Positions 61,688-64,000 of a stretch of DNA of 64,000 nt are shown here, in pieces. Under the pieces are notes generated by a model, which was not told the origin of the DNA, did not search any database, and was given only the letters and a program-made list of their open reading frames with translations. Source of the stretch: a virus (taxonomy: Duplodnaviria; Caudoviricetes). Every line of letters begins with the position of its first letter. Position 1 is the first letter of the stretch. Location: IMG/VR virus record IMGVR_UViG_3300033069_001193, positions 1 to 64,000 of that record. One strand, written 5' to 3'. A program made the position numbers and the translations under genes.

Positions 61688-64000
61688 TCAAGTGGTCGCA
61701 GCCATGTTAGTCGATAGTTGGGCCAGTTGGTCAACCACGTTGGGCGCGCCCTCGAAGACGCCGTAGCCGTCTGAGTAGGCGAATGTCCACTGTGTCTCAA
61801 ACTTACCTGGACTGAAGTTGTGGCTCAGGTGGGTCAGGATGTAGAGGTTATCGAGGGTGGTCCCGGTCTGAAAATCGATGAAGTACTGCTGAGCCATCGT
61901 CGCCAACGGACAACCCTTCGTTGTCATGGTCAGTTGGGCCGGGATGACGCGCAGCGGGATGCCCAGGTCGCCTGAACCGTTGGGGTGCGCCGTGTTGCGC
62001 TTGGCCTGTGAATTGAGCAAGTTACGAGTCCCGACCAGCGGGTTGGCCTTAGACGTCACGTTGACAGAAGTGATCGTCGAGCCGTTGGCACCAAACCGAA
62101 TGGTGGGCACTGTCTTGGAGATGACATCCTTGATCTGTTGGTTAGTCCCAAATGAGCCCAGCTCAGTCACAGAAATGACGCCAGAATTTTTATCGGCCTT
62201 GAACTTGGCCTTGGTTGCTGCACTGATCGCTTGCAGGGTAGCACCCGCAGGCTGGTGGTAGGTCGCCGCGTAGGAGTCGACGTTCTGATTGAGGTGGATG
62301 AAGCCATCATTGTCTTCGGAACGCAGCAACTGAGCCGCCGTCCGGTAAGGAGACGTCTGCTTGTCGTAGACATGGAACCGCATGATCTTGCGAGTCGCCT
62401 TACCTTGTGACGTCCGGATGGGTTGAGAGGCCGCATCGACGGCCGAATAGCTCATCATCTGCAGGATGTCATTGTCGCCGTCATCGGACACCTTCTCGTG
62501 CGACATTTCGACGTACATCTCGATCTGCGGCTGCCGGAAAGGCCCATATTTTTTGATGTAATCGGCATGGCGACTCTCGAATTGGCCCTCAGAGTCCTTT
62601 CCCTTCTTCAACTGTGGCTCGTCGCCTTTCTTCCAGGGTTGGTACAGGTCGCTAAAACCGTAGCCGATGGCTCGTGGGTCAGTGAACTGGACATCGACGA
62701 TGAGTGCCATGAAGTCTTCTAGCTTGACGCGGTCGCTGCCACGTTCCTTGACCATGTCAGTGAACTGCGACATGAAGTCGTCGATCTTGATCGGAAACTC
62801 GGCGATGGCATGGTTGGAAACAGGTCCGGCCTGTTCGTTGATGTTATAGAAGAAGACCTGAACTTCATCGAACGCCGAGTGCAACGACGACACCGCACGC
62901 AGAGCGAAGACGCTGAACATCTTGCCGAAAGAAACCACCTTGCGCTGTTTAGAGCCTTTGTTGACTGAGTCGCACAAGGCCGTCAACTCTTCTCCCAAGC
63001 CCTTGCCTGAGGCGGGTAGGAATGGGTCCGGACCTGTCCGGACCTCATCGAACATCTCGCCCACCGTCTTGGTCACCACCTTTTCGTATCGCTCCTTGTG
63101 GACGAACTTGGTCTTGTTGCCGTCGGCCTTGTAAAGACCTTGTAAGGCGGTGACCAGGCCCGTCAGGGCGTCCTTGTCGATGTCCTTCTTGGACGACAGG
63201 CCTTTCTTCAACGCTGCGATGTTCTTTTGGATGTCGTCAGGCTTCAGGTTCGGGAACTCGCCCACCTCGGCCGCGTCCAAGATCTGGTAGGCCCGAATCT
63301 CCTTGTTGAGACCGGTCGGGGAGTCCAGCTTCAGTTGTCGGCGATAACGAGAAATCTGCTCGATGAGCGACTTGATCTCCCCCGTGACGAAGCCCATGTC
63401 ACCGTACTGGTCAGTGATCTTCAGGTCCCTGACCTCACTGACGCCCTTGGTGAACAGTTCCAGGTTGATAGTCACCGTGCCGTTCTGGTCAAAGCTGAAG
63501 CTCGAGTTCTTGATGAAGTACGGCTCGCGCATCAACAGATTGTTGTTGACGTAGTCGAAGTACAGATTCTGCCCAGTCCGAACGGGCGCGCGCCAGCCGT
63601 ACGTCAGCCACAGGGTGACGCCTTGGTAGATGTTGACGCGGATCAAATCTGAGATCTCTGCCAAACGCGAACGGTCGTGCAACTTCAACGTCATGTTAGC
63701 CTGCTTGTAGCAGAAGAAGCCGGCGCCCGAAGGCTTTGACGTGATGGTGACGTGGTCCAGCGACATGAACGGACGGAACGGGTCCAGCACGTCGGTGTAT
63801 CGAACGCCATTGGTGCCGACGTCCAGGTTGGGCTGCGGGTTGACCAGCGTCTGCGGGGAGGTGAACAGCTCCATGCCGGCGTGATCGAGCTCGGTCGGGT
63901 TGGCTGTGGCCAGGTCGACGAACTCATTGCCTTCTACCATTGCCGTCGTTGATGCACCCATCGACGAACGCTTGGCACCGCCCAGCAAAAACCGCAGTAG
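61688..64000 (-). CDS. Large structural protein, probable baseplate hub/tail protein (5' end off right edge)
   Basis: Frame open to window edge; LTYGW..SFSFDQNGTV.INLEL N-part and GCPL..QQYFIDFQTGTTLDNLY....H.FSPGKFET C-part resembling hub proteins. Confidence 0.55.
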   Translation of the reverse strand, partial: LLRFLLGGAKRSSMGASTTAMVEGNEFVDLATANPTELDHAGMELFTSPQTLVNPQPNLDVGTNGVRYTDVLDPFRPFMSLDHVTITSKPSGAGFFCYKQANMTLKLHDRSRLAEISDLIRVNIYQGVTLWLTYGWRAPVRTGQNLYFDYVNNNLLMREPYFIKNSSFSFDQNGTVTINLELFTKGVSEVRDLKITDQYGDMGFVTGEIKSLIEQISRYRRQLKLDSPTGLNKEIRAYQILDAAEVGEFPNLKPDDIQKNIAALKKGLSSKKDIDKDALTGLVTALQGLYKADGNKTKFVHKERYEKVVTKTVGEMFDEVRTGPDPFLPASGKGLGEELTALCDSVNKGSKQRKVVSFGKMFSVFALRAVSSLHSAFDEVQVFFYNINEQAGPVSNHAIAEFPIKIDDFMSQFTDMVKERGSDRVKLEDFMALIVDVQFTDPRAIGYGFSDLYQPWKKGDEPQLKKGKDSEGQFESRHADYIKKYGPFRQPQIEMYVEMSHEKVSDDGDNDILQMMSYSAVDAASQPIRTSQGKATRKIMRFHVYDKQTSPYRTAAQLLRSEDNDGFIHLNQNVDSYAATYHQPAGATLQAISAATKAKFKADKNSGVISVTELGSFGTNQQIKDVISKTVPTIRFGANGSTITSVNVTSKANPLVGTRNLLNSQAKRNTAHPNGSGDLGIPLRVIPAQLTMTTKGCPLATMAQQYFIDFQTGTTLDNLYILTHLSHNFSPGKFETQWTFAYSDGYGVFEGAPNVVDQLAQLSTNMAATT

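Noticed and set aside
1-64000. tRNA, rRNA or tmRNA genes
   Set aside because: GTTCGA-like strings found only inside CDSs; no acceptor stem/T-arm combination recognised in intergenic DNA.
1-64000. Alternative genetic code (stop-codon reassignment)
   Set aside because: Known enzymes are full length in code 11 and end at TGA, TAG and TAA; coding density is already very high.
1-64000. Apparent excess of GTCGAC/TCGA
   Set aside because: Largely explained by GTC GAC (Val-Asp) and similar codon pairs in a GC-rich genome; cannot be quantified without computation.

Overview
This window looks like part of a large, GC-rich tailed dsDNA (jumbo-type) bacteriophage genome, almost entirely coding and mostly on the minus strand. 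It carries a replication/recombination set (DnaE, DnaB/gp41-like helicase, RecA/UvsX, gp32-like SSB, stand-alone PolA polymerase domain, separate 5'-3' exonuclease), extensive nucleotide metabolism (class II RNR, ThyX, TK, two dNMP kinases, dUTPase, MazG-like pyrophosphatase, dCMP deaminase), RNA-end/repair enzymes (CCA-adding enzyme, PNK/phosphatase, oligoribonuclease), stress genes (Fe/Mn SOD, Dps-like, two HSP20) and five free-standing endonucleases plus an HNH gene. No tRNA, rRNA or CRISPR array was seen. Three things stand out: (1) dnaE is fractured by a naturally split intein at a site other than the cyanobacterial one, with a zinc-finger/Vsr-like endonuclease and two passenger genes between the halves; (2) a T4 gp42-like dCMP hydroxymethylase together with a glycosyltransferase, a UDP-xylose-synthase-like enzyme, an NDP-sugar epimerase and a methyltransferase suggests a pentose-type cytosine hypermodification; (3) about 18 otherwise unrelated genes scattered among the replication genes begin with a shared short helix ending in (I/L/V)-x-E, resembling a capsid-targeting/prohead-protease signal, and many are preceded at near-fixed spacing by a TA-N-(T/G)-TA motif that looks like a leaderless late promoter. 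All assignments are from motif recognition by eye, without database searches.
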